Assembly: GCA_003528115.1 (NCBI GenBank)
Contig: DOGZ01000017.1
Coordinates: forward strand, 8,795-72,794
Reading direction: 5' to 3'
DNA from: Candidatus Omnitrophota bacterium
Lineage (GTDB): Bacteria; Omnitrophota; Gorgyraeia; Zapsychrales; Zapsychraceae
DNA length: 64,000 nt
Positions within the stretch are counted from its first letter, which is position 1. Every line of letters begins with the position of its first letter. A program made the translations under genes and the position numbers. The notes beneath the pieces were generated by a model. The model searched no databases and was not told the origin of the DNA. It saw only the letters and a list, made by a program, of their open reading frames with translations. Below are positions 9,546-18,628 of the stretch, piece after piece.

Positions 9546-9818
9546 ATGATCAGAAAATATGTGCCATTATTTTTGATTCTTCTGCTAGCCGGGTGTGTGT
9601 ATGAGGGAAAGCCGTTAGGTCATTATATTGAGAATCCGGGTTCTTTAATGGAGGATCCGCATTTTGCGGAGTATCAGAAAAATCGTGATGTCTTGGAGAG
9701 TGAATATTTGCAGAAAAAGATTACTTACGCGGAATATATGGAGAGTAAGAATAAATTAGATGAAAAATACGCCCAAGAAGTTCAAGAGAGAAACGCCAAA
9801 ATAATCTCACAGGAATAA
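9546..9818 (+). CDS. Hypothetical lipoprotein
   Basis: Signal MIRKYVPLFLILLLAGC with LAGC lipobox; GAGGA RBS. Confidence 0.75.
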   Translation: MIRKYVPLFLILLLAGCVYEGKPLGHYIENPGSLMEDPHFAEYQKNRDVLESEYLQKKITYAEYMESKNKLDEKYAQEVQERNAKIISQE

Positions 9819-9885
9819 GTGAGAAAAAATGTAAGGAGCGATGGAATGAACTGCTGATCAGCGGTCACACCATTTCAGGAAAACT

Positions 9886-10626
9886 ATGCGCCTCTACGGT
9901 AAGAATCCAGCCAGCGAGCGGTTAAAATCCAACCCTAAAAGTATCAGAAAGATTTATCTTCAAGAGGGATTCGATGACGCGGCCTATTTCCACATGAAAG
10001 CGAAACAGTGGGCTATCCCCGTCATGGTTATTCCCAGATCCCGGATGCTTAAGATCGCCAGGAATGTCAATACCCAAGGCATCTTGGTGGATGTCGAAGA
10101 TTTTTCTTATGTGCCGTTTGATGAACTCTTGGAACAATCCCGCAAAAAGCGAAGGACTCTTTTATTTCTGGATGAAGTGAATGATCCGCAAAATTTAGGC
10201 GCGATCATGCGCTCGGCCGCCTGTCTTGGGAATTTTTCTATTATCCTGCCAACACATGACTCTGTGAGTGTTACGGAAGCCGTATTGCGCGTGGCCTCGG
10301 GGGGAGATAATTTTGTGGCCGTGGCGAAAGTGGCCAATTTAGGTCAGGCGATTAAATCGGCCAAGGAGTCCGGATATTTTATTTTTGGCGCTGTCGTTAA
10401 AGGCGGTCAGCGTCTGGAGGAAGTCTCCTTGCCGTCACCTGTCGGGCTGGTGGTTGGTTCTGAGCAAAAAGGGATTCGAGATGTCATCTTAAAACATCTG
10501 GATTTGCCCGTGACGATCCCGATGGCTGTCGACAGATTGTCGTTGAATGTCGCTCATGCCGTCACCATTTTATGTTATGAAATCACGAGACAAAGGTGGG
10601 AACATGAAAAACAAAAAGCCAAGTGA
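9886..10626 (+). CDS. rlmB: SpoU/TrmH-family RNA 2'-O-methyltransferase (RlmB-like)
   Basis: YGKNP N-terminus, LDEVNDPQNLGAIMRSA, VGSEQKG, IPM...SLNV. Confidence 0.8.
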   Translation: MRLYGKNPASERLKSNPKSIRKIYLQEGFDDAAYFHMKAKQWAIPVMVIPRSRMLKIARNVNTQGILVDVEDFSYVPFDELLEQSRKKRRTLLFLDEVNDPQNLGAIMRSAACLGNFSIILPTHDSVSVTEAVLRVASGGDNFVAVAKVANLGQAIKSAKESGYFIFGAVVKGGQRLEEVSLPSPVGLVVGSEQKGIRDVILKHLDLPVTIPMAVDRLSLNVAHAVTILCYEITRQRWEHEKQKAK

Positions 10627-11194
10627 TTTCGCGGCTCTTAATCTTTTTGCTGAAATTGGACTGTTGAAGAAAATCAAGCGTAGCGGCTGGTGGGTCGTAG
10701 GGATCAAGGATCCGGAAAGTGTCGCCGAGCACTCTTTTCGCTGCGCCATCATGGGATATTATATGGCTCATGAAGAAGGGGCGGATCCGTCTAAGGTTGT
10801 CATGATGGCTCTTTTTAACGATATCCATGAGGCGCGTATTAATGATTTGCATAAAATGGGGCATTATTACATAGATTTCAAGAAGGCAGAAAAAAAGGTA
10901 TTTGAAGACCAGGTCAAGCATCTGCGAAAACCCGTGAAGGAGGAATTAGAGGCTGTACGGCGGGAATATGATCTTCAGGTCACGAAGGAAAGCGTCGTCG
11001 CCAGAGATGCGGATATCCTGGAGTGTCTGCTTCAGGCCAAAGAATATTATGATAGTGGGCATGAGAAAGCGAAAAGATTTTTCCAACGGGCCCCGGAGCA
11101 TCTAAAAACAAAATCCGCCCGGAAAATTTGGAATCAGATCAAACGGTGGGATAGCGGGGAGTGGTGGGAAGAGGTGGTTAAGTTTGAACGTTAG
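10604..11194 (+). CDS. HD-domain protein (YfbR/HDDC2-like nucleotidase fold); HD motif reads ND
   Basis: LKKIKRSGW, ESVAEHSFR, ALFNDIHEAR, DADILE. Confidence 0.85.
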   Translation: MKNKKPSDFAALNLFAEIGLLKKIKRSGWWVVGIKDPESVAEHSFRCAIMGYYMAHEEGADPSKVVMMALFNDIHEARINDLHKMGHYYIDFKKAEKKVFEDQVKHLRKPVKEELEAVRREYDLQVTKESVVARDADILECLLQAKEYYDSGHEKAKRFFQRAPEHLKTKSARKIWNQIKRWDSGEWWEEVVKFER

Positions 11195-12071
11195 CGAATT
11201 AACTAAAGACCAACGACTCAAGACAAATGACCGAGGATCGAGCATCAAGGACAAGAGACAAGGGGTTAAGGACTGTTTCTCTCTGTTCCGGTTCCATCTT
11301 TTAAAGATTTTTTGTCTTTGGTCTTTGGTTTTTGGTCTTTTTTTTCTGACAGGCTGCGCCTCGCTGGGCACGTACAATACCGCTACAGGCCGACGGGAGT
11401 TCATTATCATCCCTACTTCTTCTGAGGTGGTCATGGGGCAGGACATCCATCGGGATATCCTGAAAGAGAATGAATTATCAAACCGCCAGGACCAGATTGA
11501 GAGAGTGCGTCGAGTGGGACAGCGTTTAGCTCAAGTCTCCGATCGGCAGGATTACCAATACCGTTTTTTTGTCATTGAAAAAAATGAAATAAACGCTTTT
11601 ACGACTCCCGGAGGGAATGTTTATATTTACAGCGGCTTATTGGACAAATTAAAAACAGATGATCAGATCGCCGCGGTATTGGCTCATGAAATCGGGCATT
11701 GTGCCGCACGCCATACAATCAAGAAGTTTCAGGCCGCGGTCAGTTATGACCTTATAGGCAATATTATTTTAAGCCAGGTGGAAACGAGTGATCAGATCAA
11801 ACGCATCGCTTCTTTGAGTTCCGGGGCCGTCATGAGCCTCGTTTTTTCAGCTTATGGCCGCAAGGATGAATATGAGGCTGACCGGCTCGGCGTTCGATAT
11901 ATGTATTTGGCGGACTATGATCTCCAGGGGATGATAGAAACTCTCCAAGTCCTTAAACAGGAATCAAAGGGGGAGGATGTTCCGCTTATCCTGCGGACTC
12001 ATCCGTATCTGAATGACCGACTCGAAGCGGTTAAAAAAGAAATAGATAACGTAAAGACCCGATATGAATAG
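11184..12071 (+). CDS. M48-family zinc metallopeptidase lipoprotein
   Basis: LTGC lipobox, NAFTTPGG, HEIGH zinc motif, EYEADRLG, THP. Confidence 0.9.
   Translation: MNVSELTKDQRLKTNDRGSSIKDKRQGVKDCFSLFRFHLLKIFCLWSLVFGLFFLTGCASLGTYNTATGRREFIIIPTSSEVVMGQDIHRDILKENELSNRQDQIERVRRVGQRLAQVSDRQDYQYRFFVIEKNEINAFTTPGGNVYIYSGLLDKLKTDDQIAAVLAHEIGHCAARHTIKKFQAAVSYDLIGNIILSQVETSDQIKRIASLSSGAVMSLVFSAYGRKDEYEADRLGVRYMYLADYDLQGMIETLQVLKQESKGEDVPLILRTHPYLNDRLEAVKKEIDNVKTRYE
11205..11338. repeat. Degenerate 7-bp tandem repeats in inverted arrangement
   Basis: Ten units (aaagacc aacgact caagaca aatgacc gaggatc gagcatc aaggaca agagaca aggggtt aaggact) at 11205-11274, then four complementary-sense units (tttgtct ttggtct ttggttt ttggtct) at 11311-11338. 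Confidence 0.75.
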
Positions 12072-12220
12072 GTTCTCCAAAATCATGCACCAAACCACAA
12101 AAAAACCTCAAATTCGAGTTTTAGATTAAAAAATTAATGATACAATGAAGCCATTACAGCCTCGACAAAAAACGCGATAGGCTCAATATAGAAGACTGTA
12201 TTTTAAACACGGGAATAGCG

Positions 12221-12520
12221 ATGAAGCGTATAGGTGTTGCCGCGAGCAAGATGGCCAAGGGCAATCTTGTTCTTTATAATTGTTATGTAGTGCTTATCTC
12301 ATTCTTATTTTCGTTATTTATTTTAATTGTGGCCGGTTCCAGTGTCGTGTTGGCCATTATCATCTTGGCTTATGTGGCCAATGAAATTATGGGTGTTGAG
12401 TTGGAGAAAAGCTGGTCATCCATCCTCAGTGTCTGCATGGTTTCGTTGACGGTTATTATTGCGGTATTTAATTTGTTTGCCATATCCCAAAATATAAAAC
12501 TCCCTAAAAACCAGGATTAA
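12221..12520 (+). CDS. Small hypothetical membrane protein (about 2-3 TM)
   Basis: 99-aa hydrophobic ORF ending 25 nt before the kinase gene. Confidence 0.7.
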   Translation: MKRIGVAASKMAKGNLVLYNCYVVLISFLFSLFILIVAGSSVVLAIIILAYVANEIMGVELEKSWSSILSVCMVSLTVIIAVFNLFAISQNIKLPKNQD

Positions 12521-12545
12521 TTTTTTTATACTCATTGGCACGCCT

Positions 12546-14858
12546 ATGACTGGAGAAAAAATCAACTATCGTGATTTGATGGATCATTTGCACGATGGGG
12601 TCTGTCGTTGTTCCATCGGTTTCAAAGTGGGTGTTCTTTATATGAATGCCTCTATGGGCAAGATGTTGGGATACGCGGCCAAAGAAATAAGCGGGCTAAA
12701 GGTGGAGGAAATTTTCGTTGAACGCCGGACTTTCCAATCCTTTTATAAAAAAATTTTAGAAGAGGGAACCGTCAGGAATTTTGAAGTGCGTTTTAAGAAA
12801 AAGGAAGGGAAATCTTTTTGGGGATCGCTTTCAGCGGTGGCAATCCGGGACAAGGGCGGTCGCGTCAAATGGTTTGATATGAGTGTCAGGGACATTTCCG
12901 CCAGTAAGAGATATGAAAAAGAATTGATTGAATCCAAAGAACTGTTTCAGACCGTTTTTAATAATACCGCCGCGGCCATTACGGTGACGGATCAAGATGA
13001 AAAAATCGTGGCCTGGAATCCTTATGCGGAAAAATTGCTTCAGATGACAAAGGAAGAACTTTTTAATAAATCCGTGAAAGAGTTGTACCCGCCGGCGGAA
13101 TGGAGAAGATTGCGCAATTTGAACATTCGAAAAAAAGGGATGCTGGCGGATATTGACACCAAAATTTGCAAAAAAGACGGCAGCCTGGCGGATGTCAATA
13201 TTTCTGTTTCTGTTCTGCAGAACTCCGATGGCCAGGTGATCGGCGCTATCGGCATCATCTGTGATATCACTAAACAAAAGGCCGCGGAGAGAAGAATTAA
13301 AGAATCTGAAAATAAAATCCGTGTGATTTTGGATAATTCCGCCGTGGCGATCACGTTGACTGATGAAAATGAAAAAATCATTTCCTGGAACAAGTTCACG
13401 GAGCATCTCTTGGGGATGAAAAGAAAAGATCTTTATATGAAGCCGGTGGACTCTCTTTATCCCGTTGAGGAATGGCAAATGATACGCGCGGAGAATATCC
13501 GTAAATTAGGATCCAAACACCATTTGGAGACCAAGGTTATCAAGAAAAGCGGTGAGATCATTGATGTCGACATATCCGTCAATGTCCTTAAGGACGCCAA
13601 GAATAAGATTGTTGGTTCTGTCGGGATCATGCAGGATATTACGAAACAAAAGCGGTTCCAAGAGATGCTTATTCAGGCTAAATTATCCGCCGAGGACGCC
13701 AACAGCGCCAAGTCGCTGTTTCTGGCCAACATGTCCCACGAGATCCGTACACCGATGAATACAATCTTGGGAATGATTGATTTAACCCTGGATACACCGT
13801 TACTTGAAGAACAAAAGGATAATCTTCGGGTCGCCCGGGAGGCGACGGACAATTTGCTGGGTCTTCTGAATGATATTTTGGACTTGTCCAAAGTCGAGGC
13901 CGGAAAGATCAAGCTCGAGAATATAGAGTTTCATTTGCACAATGTGGCCAGAAGCGTGGTCAAGGGGTTATCGGTGCTGGCCAAAATCAAGCAACTCGAA
14001 TTGATTTTGAATATCCATCCGGATGTCCCTGAGCTTATTGAGGGGGATCCGGTGCGGTTACGTCAGATTTTAATTAATTTGATAAATAATGCGATTAAGT
14101 TTACCCATAAAGGGAAAATCACCACAGCGATAAAAGTTTCTAAGAAGAATCAAGAAAATGTTGAATTGGACTTTTGTGTGACGGATGAAGGAATCGGAAT
14201 CCCTGAGGATAAGCAGGGTAAAATTTTTGAGCTTTTTAGCCAGGCGGATGATTCAACGGCGCGTCACTATGGGGGGACCGGTTTGGGATTGGCCATCTCT
14301 AAACGCCTAGTCGAGATGATGGGCGGTCGAATTTGGGTGGAGAGTGAAGAGCATAAGGGAAGCGCATTTCATTTTACGGGTATTTTTAAAGCGCCGAAGC
14401 CTAATCTTGCCCTTTCTCGTTCCGGGCCAGGGGATACGGATGGAGCGCAGGTCTCCCAAGAACAACTTAAAGATTTGCGTATCCTTTTGGCTGAAGATAA
14501 TGTCGTGAATCAAAAAATCGCCGTGCGTATTTTAGAGAAATATGGCTGGCAGGTTGATGCCGTTGACAATGGACAAAAGGTTATCGATATTCTAAATAAT
14601 AAGCGATTTGATGTGGTTCTGATGGATGCCCAGATGCCTATTCTCGATGGTCTGGAGACAACAAGATTAATTAGAAGGAGTGAACAAAAAACCGGCAAAC
14701 GTATCCCGATCATTGCCCTGACAGCCCGCGCCATGGATGATGATAAAAAGAAATGTTTAGAGGCAGGAATGGACGGCTATGTCTCCAAACCGATAGATCG
14801 GAAAACACTTTTTGAAGAAATTATTAATGTTGTTAAAAAAGGAAGGTCCCATGAGTGA
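12546..14858 (+). CDS. Soluble hybrid histidine kinase: PAS-PAS-PAS-HisKA-HATPase-REC
   Basis: FLANMSHEIRTPMN, NLINNAIKF, DEGIG, GGTGLGL; receiver AEDN...MDAQMP...KP; three PAS/PAC units; no TM. Confidence 0.95.
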   Translation: MTGEKINYRDLMDHLHDGVCRCSIGFKVGVLYMNASMGKMLGYAAKEISGLKVEEIFVERRTFQSFYKKILEEGTVRNFEVRFKKKEGKSFWGSLSAVAIRDKGGRVKWFDMSVRDISASKRYEKELIESKELFQTVFNNTAAAITVTDQDEKIVAWNPYAEKLLQMTKEELFNKSVKELYPPAEWRRLRNLNIRKKGMLADIDTKICKKDGSLADVNISVSVLQNSDGQVIGAIGIICDITKQKAAERRIKESENKIRVILDNSAVAITLTDENEKIISWNKFTEHLLGMKRKDLYMKPVDSLYPVEEWQMIRAENIRKLGSKHHLETKVIKKSGEIIDVDISVNVLKDAKNKIVGSVGIMQDITKQKRFQEMLIQAKLSAEDANSAKSLFLANMSHEIRTPMNTILGMIDLTLDTPLLEEQKDNLRVAREATDNLLGLLNDILDLSKVEAGKIKLENIEFHLHNVARSVVKGLSVLAKIKQLELILNIHPDVPELIEGDPVRLRQILINLINNAIKFTHKGKITTAIKVSKKNQENVELDFCVTDEGIGIPEDKQGKIFELFSQADDSTARHYGGTGLGLAISKRLVEMMGGRIWVESEEHKGSAFHFTGIFKAPKPNLALSRSGPGDTDGAQVSQEQLKDLRILLAEDNVVNQKIAVRILEKYGWQVDAVDNGQKVIDILNNKRFDVVLMDAQMPILDGLETTRLIRRSEQKTGKRIPIIALTARAMDDDKKKCLEAGMDGYVSKPIDRKTLFEEIINVVKKGRSHE

Positions 14859-15201
14859 AGAAGTCATCGATGTGCCAGAGTTTCTAGAAAGAGTCCAGGA
14901 TGATAAAGAGCTTCTTTTTGAGCTGCTTGACATTTTTGTCGGGGATTACCGGGGAAAAAGGAAATCGCTCGGCGAGGCTATTAAGAAAAATGATTATGAA
15001 GAGGTCAGGATGATTGCCCATTCGTTAAAGGGGGCTTCGGGGAACGTTTCGGCCAAGGCCCTTAGGCAGACTTTTATCAAGATCGAAGAGATGAGAAAGC
15101 AAAATGACTATACAGGCGCAGAAGAGACATTAAAAACCATGGATCAAAGGTTTGAAGAATTGTTGAAACGGATCAGTGTCTTGAAAGAGGAATTAAAGTA
15201 A
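14851..15201 (+). CDS. Hpt phosphotransfer protein
   Basis: AHSLKGASGNVSA motif; overlaps the kinase stop. Confidence 0.92.
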   Translation: MSEEVIDVPEFLERVQDDKELLFELLDIFVGDYRGKRKSLGEAIKKNDYEEVRMIAHSLKGASGNVSAKALRQTFIKIEEMRKQNDYTGAEETLKTMDQRFEELLKRISVLKEELK

Positions 15202-15260
15202 AGAAAATGGCTTTAATTGAATTGCTGAATCGAGGGATTTAAATCCTGCCCTCTGAACCC

Positions 15261-17210
15261 TTGACTTCAGTGAAAGATTCATTGATATCCAAGAAGTGGC
15301 TTCCTATTCGTTTATTGAGTTTTCTTCCCATTGCCCTTATCTTATTTTTTTTAGGAGGGACAACCTATTTTTTTGCCGTTTTTCATCCCTTCGTTCATGA
15401 TGACGTCGTTTTTATCCAAACGAATCCGCGCATCGCAGAATTCAATCTGAAAACAATTTTTTTCACGACAGTGGCCGGTCATTCCGACACGGCTCTGATC
15501 AATGATTATTACCGTCCCTTATTGGAAGTGTTTTACAGGCTTCAATATCAAATATTTCGTCTCAATCCCCATGGTTACCACCTGATGAATATCCTGGTTC
15601 ATATTCTCAACAGTGTGATGGTGTTTCATATTATTTCCTTTATGGGAAAAAGGAAGAGGGACATGGAGAGCCTGACGGGCAATTCGTCAGAGGATTTCTT
15701 GAATCAGGATACGTTATCAACGGCTTTGACATCCTCCGGGGTTCTTGGATCGTTCGCCGGGAACGGATTAGCTTTAGGCGTTGCCGTTCTTTTTCTTGTC
15801 CATCCGGTTCAATCCGAAGCCGTCGCCTGTATTTCCGGGATTTCCAATCTATTATTTGCCTTCTTATGTTTACTGAGTTTTTATTTATACCTTTTGACAA
15901 AAGAAAACATGGCCGACCTTCGATCGCGCAGAGCGCTTTATTTGTATGGAGGTTCTTTGATGAGCTTTCTTTTAGCTCTTGGGGCCAAAGAGCAGGCCGT
16001 TGTCCTGCCGGTGCTTATTGCTTTGTATGAAGTATGTTTCCCCGCGTCTCATCGAGAGAAATGGGGCCGTCCCCTTCTGCAATGGGCGGGGTATGGGGTG
16101 GTGCTGGCAGGGTATTTCATTTTCAGAAAAACTATGGTGGGTTTTAATCCGGGTTCTTTTCTGAATTTTAATGATGAGTTTTGGTTACGGATAGAATCTA
16201 TTCCGCGGACGCTTCTTATGTACGGGTCTCTTATTTTCTCCCCGCGGGATTTACATTACTATCGGAGTACCGACATCCTTCAACCCTTTGCAGGGCCTCT
16301 CGTGGGCCTGCTGGGTGTTCTCACGCTTATCGCGATGATTATTTTTTATGTTCCAGTAACCTGCCGGCGCGTACTTATTTTTAGTATGGGCTGGTTCCTT
16401 ATTTCTCTTTTGCCAACGTTGAATATTCTTCCTTTGATCAATGAATATTCGTACATTTTAACCGCGGAGCATTTTTTATATCTTCCTATGATAGGGATCG
16501 TCTTATTTGTGTTGACTGTGGGGCAATATGGATTGAAGCGGATGCGTCCCAAGATAGGTTCTTGGGTGGGGCCCGCGGTGCTTGGCGTGATAAGTTTTAT
16601 GTTTATGACTTCAACGATAGAACAAAATACGTATTGGCGAGGAGAGATTCCTTTGTTCGAAAGGACTCTGCGCTTTGAGAAATTAGGACGTGTCCATATT
16701 TTGCTGGGCAAGGCGTATTATTTTAATGGGCAATTGGATAAAGCGATCGAAGAGTTGGAAAAGGCGCTGCATATTATCCAGGGGTATATCGCGAAGGTTA
16801 AAGACGAGAGGGTATTAAATTATTATAGAGGATTGGTTAAAGGGGTCTATTTTGATCTTGCCCATTGTTATGAAGGGCTGGGGGCCAGGACCCAATCGCT
16901 GAATCAGTATCTGAAGGCCTCGGCGATCGATCCCAACGACGGCGTTTTACAAAATAATATCGGGGTCAATTATCTTCTCCTTAAGGAGATCGATAAAGCG
17001 ATGGAACATTTTCAAAAGGCGGTTTCTTTAGACTCAAATGATTTGATGGCCATGAATAATTTGGCTTTGTGTTATCTGGAAAGGAAAGAAGAGGATAAGG
17101 CCGAGCAAATTTTAAGAGAAATCTTAAAGAAGAAACCTCAAGACCTCTCAGCGAGGAAGAATTTGGAGAGATTGCTTTCCAGGAAGCAGACCATAGAGAA
17201 GAACCCATAG
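15261..17210 (+). CDS. TMTC-like membrane glycosyltransferase with C-terminal TPRs
   Basis: FVHDD, YYRPL, YHLMNILVH, HPVQSEAV, KE, AEHFLYLP and C-terminal TPRs; true start uncertain. Confidence 0.8.
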   Translation: MTSVKDSLISKKWLPIRLLSFLPIALILFFLGGTTYFFAVFHPFVHDDVVFIQTNPRIAEFNLKTIFFTTVAGHSDTALINDYYRPLLEVFYRLQYQIFRLNPHGYHLMNILVHILNSVMVFHIISFMGKRKRDMESLTGNSSEDFLNQDTLSTALTSSGVLGSFAGNGLALGVAVLFLVHPVQSEAVACISGISNLLFAFLCLLSFYLYLLTKENMADLRSRRALYLYGGSLMSFLLALGAKEQAVVLPVLIALYEVCFPASHREKWGRPLLQWAGYGVVLAGYFIFRKTMVGFNPGSFLNFNDEFWLRIESIPRTLLMYGSLIFSPRDLHYYRSTDILQPFAGPLVGLLGVLTLIAMIIFYVPVTCRRVLIFSMGWFLISLLPTLNILPLINEYSYILTAEHFLYLPMIGIVLFVLTVGQYGLKRMRPKIGSWVGPAVLGVISFMFMTSTIEQNTYWRGEIPLFERTLRFEKLGRVHILLGKAYYFNGQLDKAIEELEKALHIIQGYIAKVKDERVLNYYRGLVKGVYFDLAHCYEGLGARTQSLNQYLKASAIDPNDGVLQNNIGVNYLLLKEIDKAMEHFQKAVSLDSNDLMAMNNLALCYLERKEEDKAEQILREILKKKPQDLSARKNLERLLSRKQTIEKNP

Positions 17211-17217
17211 AAGTGAG

Positions 17218-17907
17218 GTGACAGGGATGTCCTTTGTGAATTTTATAGTTTTGATGGCGATCGTTTTGATTTTGATCCTTCTGGGTGTGCTTTTTTATTG
17301 GCCTATAGAAAAGAAAGACGCGAAGAAAAAGAAAATATCCAAAGAGGAAGAGCCGAAACAAAAAGACTGGCAGCAGACAGCGCAGAGGCTTGAGAAACAT
17401 ATTCATGCGTTGCGCGGTGAGTTGGAGATCTCTCAGCAAAAAGAAAAGGCGGGGGAGAAGCAGATTTTGATCGAAAAGGCAAAAAATAAGAAATTAGAAG
17501 AAAAAGTGGCGCAGGAGAGGGGTTGGCACGAGACAGAGCAGAAGGAGATGGATAAAAGAATTAAAGAGATGGGGGATTTGAAAGAGGAATTCATGAAACT
17601 TCAGGGGATTTTTACCGCTGAACATGCCGTCAATTTGCGTCAGGAGCGCGAGTTAAAAGACCTCAAAAGAGAACGGGATTCTCTTAATGACCAAAGAAGA
17701 GCGCTTGAGGCAGAAAACGCGCAGGCAAAAGCGGAGTTGGGGAATTATAAAAAAGACCTGAGTCAATTCAAACGGGAAAATATGGAGTTGATGAAAAAGA
17801 AAGAAGATACCGTTTGGATCGCTAAATCGGACTATGAGAAACTTCAGCAGTTAGTCAACGAAAAAGATAAAGAATTACAAAGGATGAAGAGAGAGGCAAA
17901 CGAATAA
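17218..17907 (+). CDS. Single-TM long coiled-coil protein
   Basis: N-terminal hydrophobic helix followed by about 190 E/K-rich heptad residues. Confidence 0.8.
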   Translation: MTGMSFVNFIVLMAIVLILILLGVLFYWPIEKKDAKKKKISKEEEPKQKDWQQTAQRLEKHIHALRGELEISQQKEKAGEKQILIEKAKNKKLEEKVAQERGWHETEQKEMDKRIKEMGDLKEEFMKLQGIFTAEHAVNLRQERELKDLKRERDSLNDQRRALEAENAQAKAELGNYKKDLSQFKRENMELMKKKEDTVWIAKSDYEKLQQLVNEKDKELQRMKREANE

Positions 17908-17931
17908 TAAGAGGGAGAGTATAAGTTAAGA

Positions 17932-17959
17932 TTGAGATAAAATTCATTTTATGTATAAT
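17932..17959 (+). promoter_or_regulatory. Putative sigma70 promoter of ferritin, overlapped by a Fur-box-like dyad
   Basis: TTGAGA-16 nt-TATAAT; imperfect dyad ATTGAGATAAAATTCATT at 17931-17948. Confidence 0.55.
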
Positions 17960-18047
17960 GAAATTGCGTTGAGGGCCTATGAAGTCTGCGCAGGTTGGCG
18001 GACAAAAAATATATCCCACTACTCAAGGATGGGGAGAGGAGATAGAG

Positions 18048-18545
18048 ATGTTAATCAAAAAGATTGAAACCGCGTTACTTGATCAAATTTCCAAGGAGGC
18101 TCATGCCTCCAATTCCTATTTAGCTATGGCCAGTTGGTGTCAGGTCAAGGGGTTCAGAGGAGCCGCGTCTTTTTTCTTGACGCAATCCGAAGAAGAACGA
18201 CAACATATGCTGAAATTGATAAACTTTGTCAATGAAAGCGGCGGTCAAGGGATTATTCCGGCCCTCCAGGAGCCTCTAGCAAAATACAAATCTCTTGTGC
18301 ATGCCTTTGAAGTGGCCTTTGAGCATGAGATCGCCACAACAAAATCCATTCATGAACTTGTTGATCTGACGTTCAGCTCCAAGGATTACGCGACGTTTAA
18401 TTTTTTACAATGGTATGTCGCTGAACAGCATGAAGAGGAAAGTTTGTTTCGTTCGGTGCTTGACCTTATTCATATTGCCGGGGATGAACAAAGGAATCTT
18501 CTTATCGTGGATAATGAAATTGCTAAGATTAGAATTAAAGCATAA
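18048..18545 (+). CDS. ftnA: Non-heme ferritin
   Basis: KEAHASNSYLAMASW, EEERQHMLKL, HE, FLQWYVAEQHEEE; GAGGAG RBS. Confidence 0.93.
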   Translation: MLIKKIETALLDQISKEAHASNSYLAMASWCQVKGFRGAASFFLTQSEEERQHMLKLINFVNESGGQGIIPALQEPLAKYKSLVHAFEVAFEHEIATTKSIHELVDLTFSSKDYATFNFLQWYVAEQHEEESLFRSVLDLIHIAGDEQRNLLIVDNEIAKIRIKA

Positions 18546-18579
18546 TAGCGGATCAAAGACGGAAAATGAGAAACAAAGG

Positions 18580-18614
18580 AACTCTCCACACGGTGATGTG
18601 GAGAGTTTCATTTT
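18580..18614 (+). terminator. Hairpin after ferritin (possible intrinsic terminator)
   Basis: Perfect 11-bp stem AACTCTCCACA / TGTGGAGAGTT followed by TCATTTT. Confidence 0.6.
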
Positions 18615-18628
18615 AGGAGGCTTTTGGA

